Positions 39,847 through 53,385 of a stretch of 64,000 nucleotides of DNA are shown here, one piece after another (positions within the stretch are counted from its first letter, which is position 1; the number at the start of each line of letters is the position of its first letter). Under the pieces are notes generated by a model. The model was not told the DNA's origin, searched no databases, and was given only the letters and a program-made list of their open reading frames with translations. The position numbers and the translations under genes are program-made. The stretch is from Octopus vulgaris (Eukaryota), in assembly GCA_951406725.2 (NCBI GenBank), contig OX597816.1, forward strand, positions 14,136,001 through 14,200,000, given 5' to 3'.

Positions 39847-40550
39847 TTCTCATTATTTTTATCAGTTAAAAACTCCAAAAGTCGTAGTGTATAGGTATAC
39901 ACACACATACGCACAGACATGCATATAATATATAGGAAATGTATGTCCGTGTTAAGACAACCATCTTTATTATTTCAACCAGCAAAAAAATAAATAAATA
40001 AATAAAAGTAAAAATAAAAGAAAGAAAACGAAAGAAAACTATGGCAGCTTTGTTAATGGCAAAACACAAGACTAAAACCAACTGCTTGATAAAGTAGGAT
40101 TTACATAACTTTGTGGTTACTGTTAAACTATTTTAGATTTTGCGATGGAGATAGTATCATTTATAACATCTCTGTGATCGTGTATGTCATGCTGTATTTG
40201 ATAAATATACACCTATTTTGGGCTGGAAGATTTATCATATGTCTAACAAATAACATGACTCTCTCTCAGTAAGATAGATTGAAGTTCCACTGGTCACTAC
40301 TAACTTACAAGGTGGGTTTATTTCGTCTGATCAACACACACACACACCTACAAAGACACGCACACACACACAATATAAAATATATATTATGCTGTATATA
40401 TATATATATGTGTGTTCGGACTAAATTTCCCAACCACATGGTTCCAGGTTCAGTCCCACTGCGTGCCACGTTGGGCAAGTGTCTTCTACTTGACTCGGGT
40501 CGACCAAAGTCTTGTGAGTGAATTTACACACACACACACAGACACACACA

Positions 40551-40592
<42 letters not shown>

Positions 40593-40913
40593 ACACCTAG
40601 CAAGAAACTCTGAGTAGCGACAGAGTAAATGAATAAATTCGAAAGAATAAACTCTACCACTTGTATTGAGTACTTTCTCTTTCTCTTGCATGTACATCCA
40701 AACATGTACATTCGTATATATGTAAGTATGCAGGTATGTATGTACGTATGCATATATATCTGTATGTATGTATATATGTATGAATGTATGTATGTATGTA
40801 TGTATGTATGTATGTATGCATGTATGTATGTATGTGTATGTATGCATGCATGTATGTAAGTATGTATGCATGCATGTATGTAAGTATGTATGCATGCATG
40901 TATATATGTATGC

Positions 40914-40946
<33 letters not shown>

Positions 40947-41848
40947 TGTATGTATGTATGTATGTATGTATGCATATAAGTATGCATGTGTACGTATATA
41001 TCACTGTATATATGTGCATGGCTCTGTGTTTATAAATGTATCTCTGTGCATATGTTTGTGTCTCTGAGTCCATGAATGTTTATATGTATGCATGTATGTA
41101 TGCATGTATGTTTGTATGTATATTTGTGTGCATGTATGTACGTACGTACGTATGTATGTATACACATATGCAGACATGCGCGCATGTATATACACATATG
41201 TATACGTTTGGATTTATGAAGGTAACTAGGCGAGTGAGCATGACTGTGTGCATATGTGTTAGTATGTATGCGAGATAAAGAGAGGCGGAGATAGAATAAC
41301 AAGAGAGAGAGAGAGTGTGTGAGAGAGACCGGCTATGATGATCGAACGAAGCAACCACTCCAGGTTGTTTGTGACATATTTATTATTGAACTAATCAGTC
41401 ACAGGTAATTGAATCTAGTGGAATGATAAATGACAAAGTGGTTCTCCGACCAAATTACTGACGCCTGTTTCTTATAATCACACTCTCCAGTTCCAGTAGC
41501 GAATTTTTCTTTTGTAATAGGACGTACATGATTGAGTGCTGTAGGCTAACTGACTCGTTACTTTTGGTGGTGGTAGAGAAACCAAGATGTCGCAGTATAT
41601 GAGCTTCTTAGCTGTAAAAAAAAAGTAAATTGTTGGCTGAGTCGTTAGCGACGCTGGACAAAAATACTTAGCGGTAATTTCTGGTTCTTTGCATTCTGAG
41701 TTCAAATAATGCCGAAGTCAACTTCGTTTTTCATCCCAGCAGGGTCGATTAAAATCTAATACAAATCAAGTACCGGGGTTTATGTAATCGACATACCCGC
41801 TTCCTTAATACTGTTGCCAAAATTTGAAAACCTTATTATTATTATTAT

Positions 41849-42012
41849 TGAGTGAGAGAGCAGTGCATGCCATCAAAGTGACACTGGGGTAAAATATACG
41901 AAGCCCAGTATACCCATCATGACTACCCGTCCGATAAGGGTACACCAGGCACATGCATCACAACCCTATGTGCGCGACACGGTGATCTCATATCAAGATA
42001 AACAGCGCATGA
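41849..42012 (-). mobile_element. (TAA)n-targeted non-coding retroposon, short copy
   Basis: Flanked by (TTA)n on both sides; same terminus as the copies at 42118 and 51083. Confidence 0.85.
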
Positions 42013-42059
42013 GCTTATTATTATTATTATTATTATTATTGTTATTATTATTATTATTA

Positions 42060-42116
<57 letters not shown>

Positions 42117-42117
42117 T

Positions 42118-42505
42118 GAGTGAGAGAGCAGTACATGCCATCAAAGTGACTCTGGGGTAAAATATACGAAGCCCAGTATACACATCATGACTACACGTCT
42201 GATAAGGGTAATCTAGGCACATGCATCACAACCAAATGTGCAAGATATGGTGATCTCATATCAAGATAAACGGTGCATGACCTTGCAGGAGAGCCCAGTT
42301 AGAATGTTCTTCTGGTTGAGTAGCCCAACCCGCTCAAAAGGTGCTTGAATAAGGGTTGTTTAAGGATGGTGAACAAAGCACCTGTGTTTCCAAAGGTGAA
42401 TTATCCAAACTCCAAAGAATTCCTCTCAACACATGGCTATGATGATTCCCCACTATTTCTGCTTGTGGTCAGAGATGCACATATCGTCAGCTACGAAGGG
42501 ACATG
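42118..42505 (-). mobile_element. (TAA)n-targeted non-coding retroposon, medium copy
   Basis: Reverse complement of about 50700-51083. Confidence 0.85.
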
Positions 42506-43184
42506 TGGAACTGGTGAAAACCTGAAATGAAGTGATTTTCTCACGTACACAACGAATCGAAACCAGGAACTTGCGATCGTGGGTGCAACATCCTTACAAC
42601 TAGTTACAAACATTAGTTCTTCGCCATCCTTTGGACACTCCGACAATGGTCGCTGAACATCTTTGAAAGTGTTTTCTTATTTTAAAACAATGATTCTTTT
42701 CTTAGTCTTTTCCTCTTCTTCTCTAACAGATTTCATGCGTTTTCTCACTCTCTCACTTGTTTATTTAACACCTTTCGACTGTGTTAAAGCCTTTCACACT
42801 CGTACATTGTGCGCGTCTTTCACACCCGTCACATTCGTCTTGTCTCTCCATATGCTTCCCATTGACACCTGCTCTTATCCCATCACATCTTGACTTTCTT
42901 CATACGCACTAATCGATTACACACTCACACACACACAAACATACACACACAAACACTCACTCACACACACCTCATGCCACCGCTAACGGTCTCTATACTT
43001 CGGCGCTTGTACACGTCTACACATACAGTCGCAAGCGTGGCCGGGTGGTATGAAATTTTCTTCTCAACCACATGGTTCTACATTCAGTCCCACTGCATGG
43101 AATCTTGGTGGAGAATCTTCTTTTATAACCTGGGACCGACCAAAAGTTATTGAGTGCATTTGGTAGACGGAAACTGAAAGAATC

Positions 43185-43247
<63 letters not shown>

Positions 43248-43283
43248 GAAGGATTGAAAATGCAATTTTAAAGATGTTTATTC

Positions 43284-43325
43284 ACTTTACCGGTTTCACT
43301 TTTTTAGAAAAAGATTGTCAAAAGT
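43284..43325 (-). ncRNA. Degenerate minimal hammerhead-like motif
   Basis: Minus strand: ACTT-TTGACAA-T-CTTTTT-CTA-AAAAAG-T-GAAAC-CG-GTA-AAGT followed by AATAAA; lies in a cassette between two (TA)n tracts. Confidence 0.5.
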
Positions 43326-43507
43326 AAAATGTAAAGGTTTGTATAAGCTTTGTTGTGTTAAGTACTGGTTGTTACAAAAGTATTAAAATACATATATACA
43401 TTCTTTGATAATAATAAGAAAATGTTAAAAAACAGTTAACAAGAAAGTATTTAAGAAAATATTCAACAAAACGTATTAGGAGTTCAATAAAAATCATGTT
43501 TGTTCGG

Positions 43508-43561
<54 letters not shown>

Positions 43562-44570
43562 GGAGATATATTTAAGAGTTTACAAAGAATTTGAGAGGAA
43601 CCAACCTGTCTTCCAAGCATTTATTTTGTGTGTAGCTAAGGATTGTTTGCTATTTTAAGGGACAGTGTGGCAGGTTGGTGGGGTGGAGGAAGGAAGAGCA
43701 ATGTGGAATTAAAAGGATATTTTTTGTTTTTGGTCTAGTCTATCATGGTTCAGTGGTTTTGGGGACAGGTCTTAGAGGTCAGAATGTGTGAGTGTGTGTG
43801 TGTCTCTGTGCACCTCCCTATGTGTGACAACCAGTATTGGTGTATTTACGTCCCCGTAACTTAGCTGTTCGATAAAAGAGACCAATATAATAAGTATCAG
43901 GCTTTAAAAAATATATGTCAGTTAATTCGACTAAAGTCCTTCAAGGCATCGCTCCAGCATAGCCGCAGTCTGATGTCTAAAACATAAACATACCATTCCC
44001 CCACATGCTCGCCTTCGGACATAAATATAATCTTATAGTTGCTTATATATACCTATTCCATAGTCCTTTCTGAACCCCCACTTTAGAACCGCTTTACAAC
44101 CTCTTTCTGATCATACGTTCGTTTCGCTTTCTTATTACTAGCACTAACTATTCGCCCTTTTTATTCATTCTGAGGTTTCTCTGATGAACTTCTAACGTCC
44201 GAAACGTTTGCTTTATTTTTCCATTAAAGTGTTTTGGTAATGTTCTACATGTTAAATCTTGTCCCTCCTGTGTTGCACATTTCATTGTTTATTGCATTTA
44301 CACAGTATATACATACATACATACATACATACATACATACATACAAGCATACAAGCATAGTTAAACATGTGTGTATGTATGTGTGCATATATATGTATAT
44401 ATATATATACATATATACACCAAATTATACGTTTTATTTATTACTTTGCACATTACTTAATCATTGTTATATGTTTTATTTTACATTTAATCTTTCTATA
44501 ATAGGTAAATTTTCTAAATGGTATAATTTAATTTTTCATTATTGAATTGATAAAAAAGTGCTTTTTTCTA

Positions 44571-44682
<112 letters not shown>

Positions 44683-44740
44683 ATATGTACGTATTTATTA
44701 TATGTCATGTATAATACACATGATGCATATATACATATAC

Positions 44741-44772
<32 letters not shown>

Positions 44773-44834
44773 ATATACATACATATGTATGTGTGTGGAT
44801 AGGAATATATGTGTATATATGCATATATGTAAAT

Positions 44835-44880
<46 letters not shown>

Positions 44881-44948
44881 GTATATATGTATATATGTAT
44901 TATGTGTATTATACATGACATATAATAAGTACGTTCATATACATACAC

Positions 44949-45029
<81 letters not shown>

Positions 45030-45550
45030 TGTATGTATGTATGTATGTATATAACTATATACATATGTGTTTCTGTTTGTGTGTGTAAGTATGCCAGAAG
45101 AGACGGATCTACAGGGAAATAAGATTAAATCAGTATTAAGATAATTAAAAATTAGAACAATTATGTTTTATAGAATTTTCCCTCTGTGGCGAAGAGGAAG
45201 AAACGTTAGAACATGGCGTAAATGTTATCAAAACAGCAAGGGAGACAACTACCATATCTGAAATGTTAAAAGCGACATTAATTTTCTGAACACTGATGCT
45301 GCAAGTAAAAGTTATACGTTGGCATGGATATTTAATCAGTGAGAAAGCTCTCCGTTTGCCAAAGATCAGATTAATTTTCATATTACTCCTTGTGCAAATT
45401 ACTTTTTTATTCCTCATCGCATATGTTTCCTGCTTGATATGATGTTAGAAAAGATACGCCGTCACTCACATCCCACGCCCACGTATAAGCATATATGTAT
45501 GTATATGTGAATATGCGCACATGTTTGTGTATATATAAATATATATGTAC

Positions 45551-45615
<65 letters not shown>

Positions 45616-45717
45616 CACAAATATATTGTTAAAAATCGAAAGACAACAAAAGAAAGAAAGAGACCTCGATATTATGCAAATAGAGGAATTTATCATATCA
45701 TTTCTTTCTTTTGTTGT

Positions 45718-45797
<80 letters not shown>

Positions 45798-46137
45798 TAT
45801 ACACAAACACGCATACGTTATATACATAAATGAGAGAGATATGTGACTGTGTGCATGTACATAGATGTAAGTGGGAATGCGCATGTTAAAGTGTATGTTT
45901 GTATATATATATATGCATATGTATGTGTTTAGATAAAAAAAATATATACGTAGTGATAGATTAACAGGCAGAAGGACAGACAGACAAGCTGTAAAGATAC
46001 CGTTAGTGTATGTAAACCATTCAAGTACTTTAGTATGTAATAATATCCACTGAGGCAATGACTTCCATTCAGCGTGTACTTTTGCACATCTCTCTATATA
46101 AATATAGATGTGTATATACATGCATCCATCCATCCAT

Positions 46138-46345
46138 ATCCAGATTGCAAGTTCAGGTTTATACCTGTAATTATTGGAGCCCTGGCATACCAATCTTGAG
46201 AAATTAGGCTTCTCAAAAGCAGAAAGGAGAAAGCTAAAACGAAGACTACAGATCCAATCCATCACTGGAACTGTAAAAAATCTGTAAAACTTTCCAGAAG
46301 TTTATCATTTAAATATATATGTGCATGTCTAGATATGCAACTATA
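46138..46345 (+). mobile_element. R4-like LINE 3' end (second family)
   Basis: FRFIPVIIGAL...EKLGFSKAERRKLKRRLQIQSITGTVK..KTFQKFII*. Confidence 0.75.
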
Positions 46346-46380
46346 TGCATGAGAATACATACATAAAATATAAAAAATCT

Positions 46381-46790
46381 GCACAGGAGTGGCTGTGTGG
46401 TAAGTAGCTTTCTAACCAACCACATGGTTCCGGGTTCAGTCACACTGCGTGGCATCTTGGGCAAGTGTCTTCTGCTATAGCCCCGGGCCGACCAATGCCT
46501 TGTGAGTAGATTTGGTAGACGGGAACTGAAAGAAGCCTGTCGTATATATGTATATATATATGTATTATGTGTGTGTGTTTGTGTGTCTGTGTTTGTCTCC
46601 CTAGCATTGCTTGACAACCGATGCTGGTGTGTCTACGTCCCCGTCACTTAGCGGTTCGGCAAAAGAGAGACCGATAGAATAAGTACTAGGCTTACAAAGA
46701 ATAAGTCCCGAGGTCGATTTGCCCGACTAAAGGCGGTGCTCCAGCATGGCCGCAATCAAATGACTGAAACAAGTAAAAGAGTAAAAGAGA
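46381..46790 (+). mobile_element. SINE family B, full-length reference copy
   Basis: Head GGAGTGGCTGTGTGGTAAG...GGGTTCAGTC, internal microsatellite, tail ending GAAACAAGTAAAAGAGTAAAAGAG. Confidence 0.92.
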
Positions 46791-47709
46791 GTATACATAC
46801 ATACATACATACATACATACATACATGCATGCATACATACATACATACATACATACATACATACACATACACATGCATATCTGCATACGCTCGCAGACGT
46901 ACACACACACGTGGGCGCGCTAATCTTGAATGATCAAGGTTTTTAAAAGCAAAAAAGAATTCTTTTCAGAAGACTGCAAAATCAAGTATAACAGTCAAAA
47001 TGTATAAAACCTTCTAAAAGTTTAGCAAAGAAGTACATACGTACGTATCTAAGCATGCTATTTTATGCATGAGTACGCTTTTTAAACATGCTGGTTCGAA
47101 CGCGTACTGACGTGAAGTAAGGACATATATAGGCGCATACACGCTCAGCTGTCCTCTTGATGTTGTTGAAATTCCAACGGGGGCAGTGAGCTTTGGATCT
47201 CGGTCAGAGACCAGTTCTTTCTCTATTGGCAACAAATCTAGAAATAAAACTAAATAACACACACACATAAATACACACATACACAATCTTAATCTAGCCA
47301 CCACTAGTAAATAATTCATTTGTCACACTGTTGGTATTTCGTTTTATCGAGTTATGTTTAATTTTTACTTATTTATTTAGTCTTCAGTCTGTGTACTTTA
47401 GAAAGGTTTGGATAAAAGCCAAACGATCATATAAAGAAAACGTCTACACGGTCGCTAGACTTGCTGGAAATAGCAGCTACATATCCCCCCAAATCGCCAC
47501 ACACTGTCCTAGAAAATTACGCTTTGAACCAATTGGCTCTCGAATACAGCAAATCTAGGTTAAAATTTCTTTTGCTTAGAGATGAAAGGCTTTTGCTTAT
47601 AAATGCACTCGATCGGAACTGATACTGTACTAAAAGCGTATTCATGTTTATCGCTGCTTACATCATGTGTCTCTCTGAATTAACTGTTGTGATTATGTGC
47701 CGGCTATAT

Positions 47710-47932
47710 TCTTTCACTTGCTTCAGTCATGTGACTGCGACCATGCTGGAGCACTGCGTTTAGTCGAAAAATCGACCCCACGACTTATTAGTTGTAAGCC
47801 TAGTAGTACGTATTCTATCGTTTTTTTTTCTTTTTGCCGAACCGCTAAGTTACGGTGACGTAAACATACCAACATTGGTTGTCAAGCGATGGTTGGGTGG
47901 TGGTGGTGGTGGGCAAACACAGACATACAAAC

Positions 47933-47967
<35 letters not shown>

Positions 47968-48115
47968 TGTATGTATGTATGTATGTATGTATACGACGGG
48001 TTTTTTCACAGAGCTCTGGTAGGCCCAAGCCAAGGCTATAGCAGAAGACACTTACCCAAAGTTCCATGCAGTAGGACTGAACCCGGAACCACACAGGTTT
48101 CACACAGCCACGCCT
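47710..48115 (-). mobile_element. SINE family B
   Basis: Reverse-complement match. Confidence 0.85.
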
Positions 48116-48678
48116 TAGGTTAAACATTATGGAGCAATATTAGGGCCAAAGACTTCGCGATATGTGTGAACCAGACATACTTTTGAAGGAGATTTTGCGG
48201 CGATTTCTAGCATTTTGAATCGTACCAAAGAAACTTCTTTGATGGATCAACACAATTTTGTTTTTCACCATTCCGAGTCGGAAAAAAAAACGAACCAGTT
48301 AAATACCAGAAACAATATAACCAACTGTACCACGCGCACGTAGTCTTGTGGTTAGACTATTGAACTCCCGATGCGGTTTCGAGTCCCAAACAAGCTGCGC
48401 GTTGTGTTCTTAAGCAAAGCACTTCCTTTCACGTCGCTCCAGTTTATTCAACGGTAAATGGGCTGCTCTGAAATGGACTAGCCTACTAACCAGGGGGGAA
48501 TGTTGGCCTGTTCGCCTCACCAGCGGGGTGACATCATTCTAAAACTAAAACGTTGCAAAGCGTATTGTGTGTGACCAGCGATATATTTAACCACATCCGA
48601 CAGTCTGGTGGGTCACGTTATCATGTGGTATACATATATAAATATGTTTTATTGTGTATATGTATGTGTATGAGAGTA

Positions 48679-48753
<75 letters not shown>

Positions 48754-48765
48754 ACACACACACAT

Positions 48766-49058
48766 GTTGCATATCTAGATGTGCTCATATATATTTAAAT
48801 GATAAACCTCCAGCAAGTTCTACAGATTTTTACAGTTCCACTGATGGATTAGATCTGTAGTCTTCGAATTAGCTTTCTCCTTTCTGGTTTTAAGAAGTCT
48901 AATTTCGCAAGATTGATATTTAGGTAGTGTGTTACATATCCCCGGGCCCCGATAATTACAAGTATAAACTTGAACTTGTAATTTGAATATAGTAACTGCA
49001 GATTTCTCAATAGTTCAGTGTGCGTGTTCTCTTTTTCACTAATCTTCAGCTTTATGCT
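48766..49058 (-). mobile_element. R4-like LINE 3' end, same family as 46138-46345
   Basis: IKLKISEKENTHTELLRNLQLLYSNYKFKFILVIIGA... and the same 3' UTR (TCTAGATATGCAAC). Confidence 0.75.
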
Positions 49059-49526
49059 AATGAATGAATGTATGTATGTATGTATGTATGTATGTATGTA
49101 TGTATGTATGTATGTATGTATTATGTGTATATATATGTGTGTGCATGCATGTATGTTTGTTCGTTTGTGTTTGTACGTAATTTATTACGTACAATAAATA
49201 AGATAAGCAGAAAAACAGTAGAAACAATGGAACGAACTGACAAATCTCTTTACGAACCAACAATCAATATTCCTTGTGAACTAACCAGCTGACACCTTCT
49301 GACTTTACTGCAAACTAACACGAACTTCACTTGACTCCGAACTCTGAACTTTGAACTCAGTGGGATCGTTACTAACTATACTTTACTCAGACCAGTCTAT
49401 CTCACAAAGGGGCGTCCTAACTGTCATCACAACAGTTTTTTTGTTCTTCAATGGCTGTCCCGATGTATTTTCCATTGGTTTGATCCAATCAACGGCACTG
49501 CACCAAAATTATACTAAATAAGTAGT

Positions 49527-49757
49527 TATTTCTTCACTACCCACAAGGGGCTAAACACAGAGGGGACAAACAAGGACAGACAAACGGATGAAGTCGATTA
49601 CATCGACTCCAGTGCGTAACTGGTACTTAATTCATCGACCCCGAAAGGATGAAAGGCAAAGTCGACCTCGGTGGAATTTGAACTCAGAACATAAAGACAG
49701 ATGAAATACCGCTAAGCATTTCGCCCGGCGTACTAACGTTACTGCCAGCTCGCCGCC
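49527..49757 (-). mobile_element. SINE family A with a 17-bp TSD
   Basis: TATACTAAATAAGTAGT on both flanks. Confidence 0.92.
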
Positions 49758-50402
49758 TTTATACTAAATAAGTAGTCTGTCAACTCTAGTACAATTAATG
49801 TAATCCTCAAGTTTACCTAATTTTAATCAGCAGGCTTTTGTCGACTCGATGTTACACGGGAAGACATTTAATTTGCTGTACAGTGTGATCGAACCAGGGA
49901 CCCCATGATTCGTAACCGATCTTTTAATCACTTATCGACACCTGTGTCTTTTCCCTCATACGCTCTCACGCAGATCTTTACAGGTTTTTGTACTTTCATT
50001 AATCCATATGCGCGTCACGTTATTTTCTATTCAGCAAAATTAATCATTGACAGTTGACGTTTTTCTCTGTTTTACGTGATGTGTTTACCATTAACTGTAA
50101 TTAAAACAATACTGTTAATTAGTCTCCAATACATATTTTAAAAAATTACTTCAAAAGTTTGCTTTTAAATGAAACAAAAAACAACTGCAATTTTTCCCGA
50201 ACGCATGACTCCAGGTTCGGTCCCACCCGAAGACGGAGACGGAAAGAATCTTTCTCACCTAAATGCCTGCATCCGAACTACTGGAATACCTCGATACCCT
50301 CAATTAGCTTGAAGCGAGATCGAAATGTAAATCTGTGAACTCATATGGTTATTCAGTTCTATATTTAAGAGATGAGGAGTTATGTACATTATTTACATTT
50401 AC

Positions 50403-50473
50403 GGGCATATGACGTAGTGGTTAAGAGCGCGGGCTACTAACCCCAAGATTCCGAGTTCGATTCCAAGCAGTGA

Positions 50474-50477
<4 letters not shown>
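50403..50477 (+). mobile_element. Minimal tRNA-like SINE or tRNA retro-pseudogene with (AAT)n tail
   Basis: A box TGACGTAGTGG, anticodon-like loop CTACTAA, B box GAGTTCGATTCC; imperfect stems; followed directly by (AAT)n. Confidence 0.7.
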
Positions 50478-50517
<40 letters not shown>

Positions 50518-51083
50518 TGGCCACCAAATGCCCTGATGCAGTACCATGTAGTGGCTCTCATGGCTTCTAATCTTAACTGATTGGAAGTGTTATCATGTAC
50601 ATTATTTTGTCTTGTTATAAAAGATGGGCTACAGCAAATATTCTGCTCAATACCACAGATTTGCTTGTCAGTTGTTTGACCTTAACCAATTGATCGTGTC
50701 CCTTAGTGGATGATGATATGTGTATCTCTGATCACGAGCAGAAGTAGTGGGGGAACATCATAGCCATGTGTTGTGAGGGACTCTTTGGGGTTTGAATAAC
50801 TCACCCCTGGAAACATGGGTGTTTCGTTCAACATCCTTAAACAACCCTTATTCAGGGACCTTTCGAGCGGGATGGGTTACTCGACCAGAAGAAAATTCTA
50901 ACTGGGCCCCACCTGCAAGGTCATGTGCTGTTTATCTTGACATGAGATCACCATGTCGCGCACATATGGTTGTGATGCATGTGCCTGGTGTACCCTTATC
51001 AGACGGGTAGTCATGATGGGTATACTGGGCTTCGTATATTTTACCCCAGTGTCACTTTGATGGCATGTACTGCTCTCTCACTC
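50518..51083 (+). mobile_element. (TAA)n-targeted non-coding retroposon, longest copy
   Basis: (AAT)n on both sides; ends TGCTCTCTCACTC followed by (AAT)n. Confidence 0.88.
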
Positions 51084-51122
<39 letters not shown>

Positions 51123-51661
51123 CGAAACGTAGCGGTTCAGTAAAAGACACCGATAGACGAAGTACCAGGCTTTACAAGAAAATATTAAATAAATAAATTA
51201 TATGTACTGGGATCGATTCATTCGACTAAAATTCTTCAAGGCGACGCCTCGGCATGGCCACAAAAGTGTGAAACAAGTCTAAGATAAAAGATATCTGATA
51301 AAGATTAAATAACTTTTATGGCGAGACCCCAAACGATGAAAAGCAAAGTTGATCTCACATTATATAGAGATGGAACGTATTTTTCTTTGAAATCTTCATC
51401 CAATCCCTAGCCCCTAAAATAAAAGCAATAAAATAGTTTCAGAGAAAGACATAAGAAGTAATTATGAGGGACCAGGGTGAGTCGATTACATCAAAGCCAG
51501 TTTTTGACTGTTGGCTTTATCGACCTGAAAAAGGATGAAAAGCAAAGCTGACCTCGACGCCATTTGCACTTAAAATGTGAAGAACTGGAACAAATACATC
51601 AAGATATCTTTTACCCGAAGATCTAACGTTTCATATAATCCGCCGCTCTTGAATTAAAGGT

Positions 51662-51905
51662 GGAGGCGCGTGGCTTGGTGGTTAGGGTGTTGGACTCATG
51701 ATCGTAAGATTGTGGTTTCGATTCCTGGACCGGGTGATGCGTTGTGTTCTTGAGCAAAACACTTCATTTCACGTTGCTCCAGTCCACTCAGATGGTAAAA
51801 ATGAGTAATCCTGAGACGGGTCGGCGTTCCGTCCAAATGGGGAATATATACGCCACTGAAACCGGGAAACCGGCCCTTATGAGCCTGGCATGGCTAGAGA
51901 AGGAA
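51662..51905 (+). mobile_element. SINE family C
   Basis: Match to 27339-27585. Confidence 0.88.
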
Positions 51906-52599
51906 ACATTTATTTATTCATTTATTGAATAAAAGGCAACAGTAGAATATTGGGTTCAAATTTTGGTACAAGGCCAGGGATTTCGGGGAGGGGGAAAATC
52001 GATTACATTGCCCCCCTCCACCGCCCATAGTTCAATTTTGGGGGAATGGGGATAATTAATTACATCCACCCGTGCTCAACTGGTACTCATTTCATCAACC
52101 TCTAAAGGACGAAAAGCTAAGTCGATCTCAGCGGGATTAAAACTCAGAGCGTAAAGACGGGCCAAATGCCGATAAGTATTTTTGCACGGCGTGTTAACGA
52201 TTCTGCCAGCTCATTGCCTTATATGAAACCATAAAATAATCCTTTCTGCTAGAGACGCAATGCCTGAAATTTGGGGGGCGGGGTAGTCGATTACATTTAA
52301 TTTCTCGACCTCGAAACGATAAATGGTAAAGTCAACCTCGGCGGAATTAAAACTCAGAACGTAAGGACAGACGAAATATCGCTAAGCATCTTGTCCGGCA
52401 TTCCATCGATTCTGCTTGCTCGCTGCTTTATAGGAATCCATAAAATATATAACAAATAAAACTACTTTCTTTTATCTGCCAACAGCGGAAAATGTCGCAG
52501 TTGTTAGAAGAAAACATTTGAGATTTGCTCGGCGTGATAATCATCCAGCCAGCTCGCTGCTTCATTAAGACTTCGATAAAACTTAGATATGCTTCGACC

Positions 52600-52965
52600 A
52601 AAGATTGGTCCAGGTCATGTCTAACTTAATAGCACTACCTGATAGGATTATCTAAATCCTGTTTAAGTCACGTTTTGTTTATGGTCCATTCAAGTAGTGA
52701 GTTCTTGCTGAGTGAGTTGTATCCAGGTGGCTTATCTGGTATTCCTTGAAGAAATTTGTCCAGACTCCGTTTAAAGGTGATGGGATCCTTTTCCTCTTTG
52801 ATCAGTTTTGGGACAATCTTAAACAGGGCAGGGCCTGTTAAGGAGAAGAAATTATGTCGCAGTGTACCTATATGTTGCGATCCTGAATTGGGCAGGGGAC
52901 ATATGGCCCGTGGTCCCAGCCTTGGATGAACCTTGAAACTAATGTTCAGGTCATTATGCTGCACT
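52600..52965 (-). mobile_element. CR1-like LINE 3' end
   Basis: LRHNFFSLTGPALFKIVPKLIK...FKRSLDKFLQGIPDKPPGY...NSLLEW. Confidence 0.75.
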
Positions 52966-52967
52966 AA

Positions 52968-53372
52968 TACTCTTTTACTCATGTACTTGTTTCAGTCATT
53001 TGACTGCGGCCATGCTGGAGCACCGCCTTGAGTCGAGCAAATCGACCCCACGATTTATTTTCTTTGTAAGCCTAGTACTTATTCTAACGGTCTCTTTCGC
53101 CGAACCGCTAAGTTACGGGGACGTAAACACACCAGCATCGGTTGTCAAGCGATGCTGGGGGACAAAGACACACAAACATAGACACGCACATACACATATA
53201 CATATATATGACGGGCTTCTTTCAGTTTCCGTCTACCAGATCCACTCACAATGCTTTGGTCGGAACGAGGCTATAGTAGAAGACACTTGCTCAAGGTGCC
53301 ACGCAGTGGGAATGAACCCCAAACCATGTGGTTGGTAAGCAAGCTACTAAACACACAGCCACTCCTGCGCCT
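52968..53372 (-). mobile_element. SINE family B, full length
   Basis: Reverse complement of 46381-46790. Confidence 0.9.
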
Positions 53373-53385
53373 AATAATAATAATA

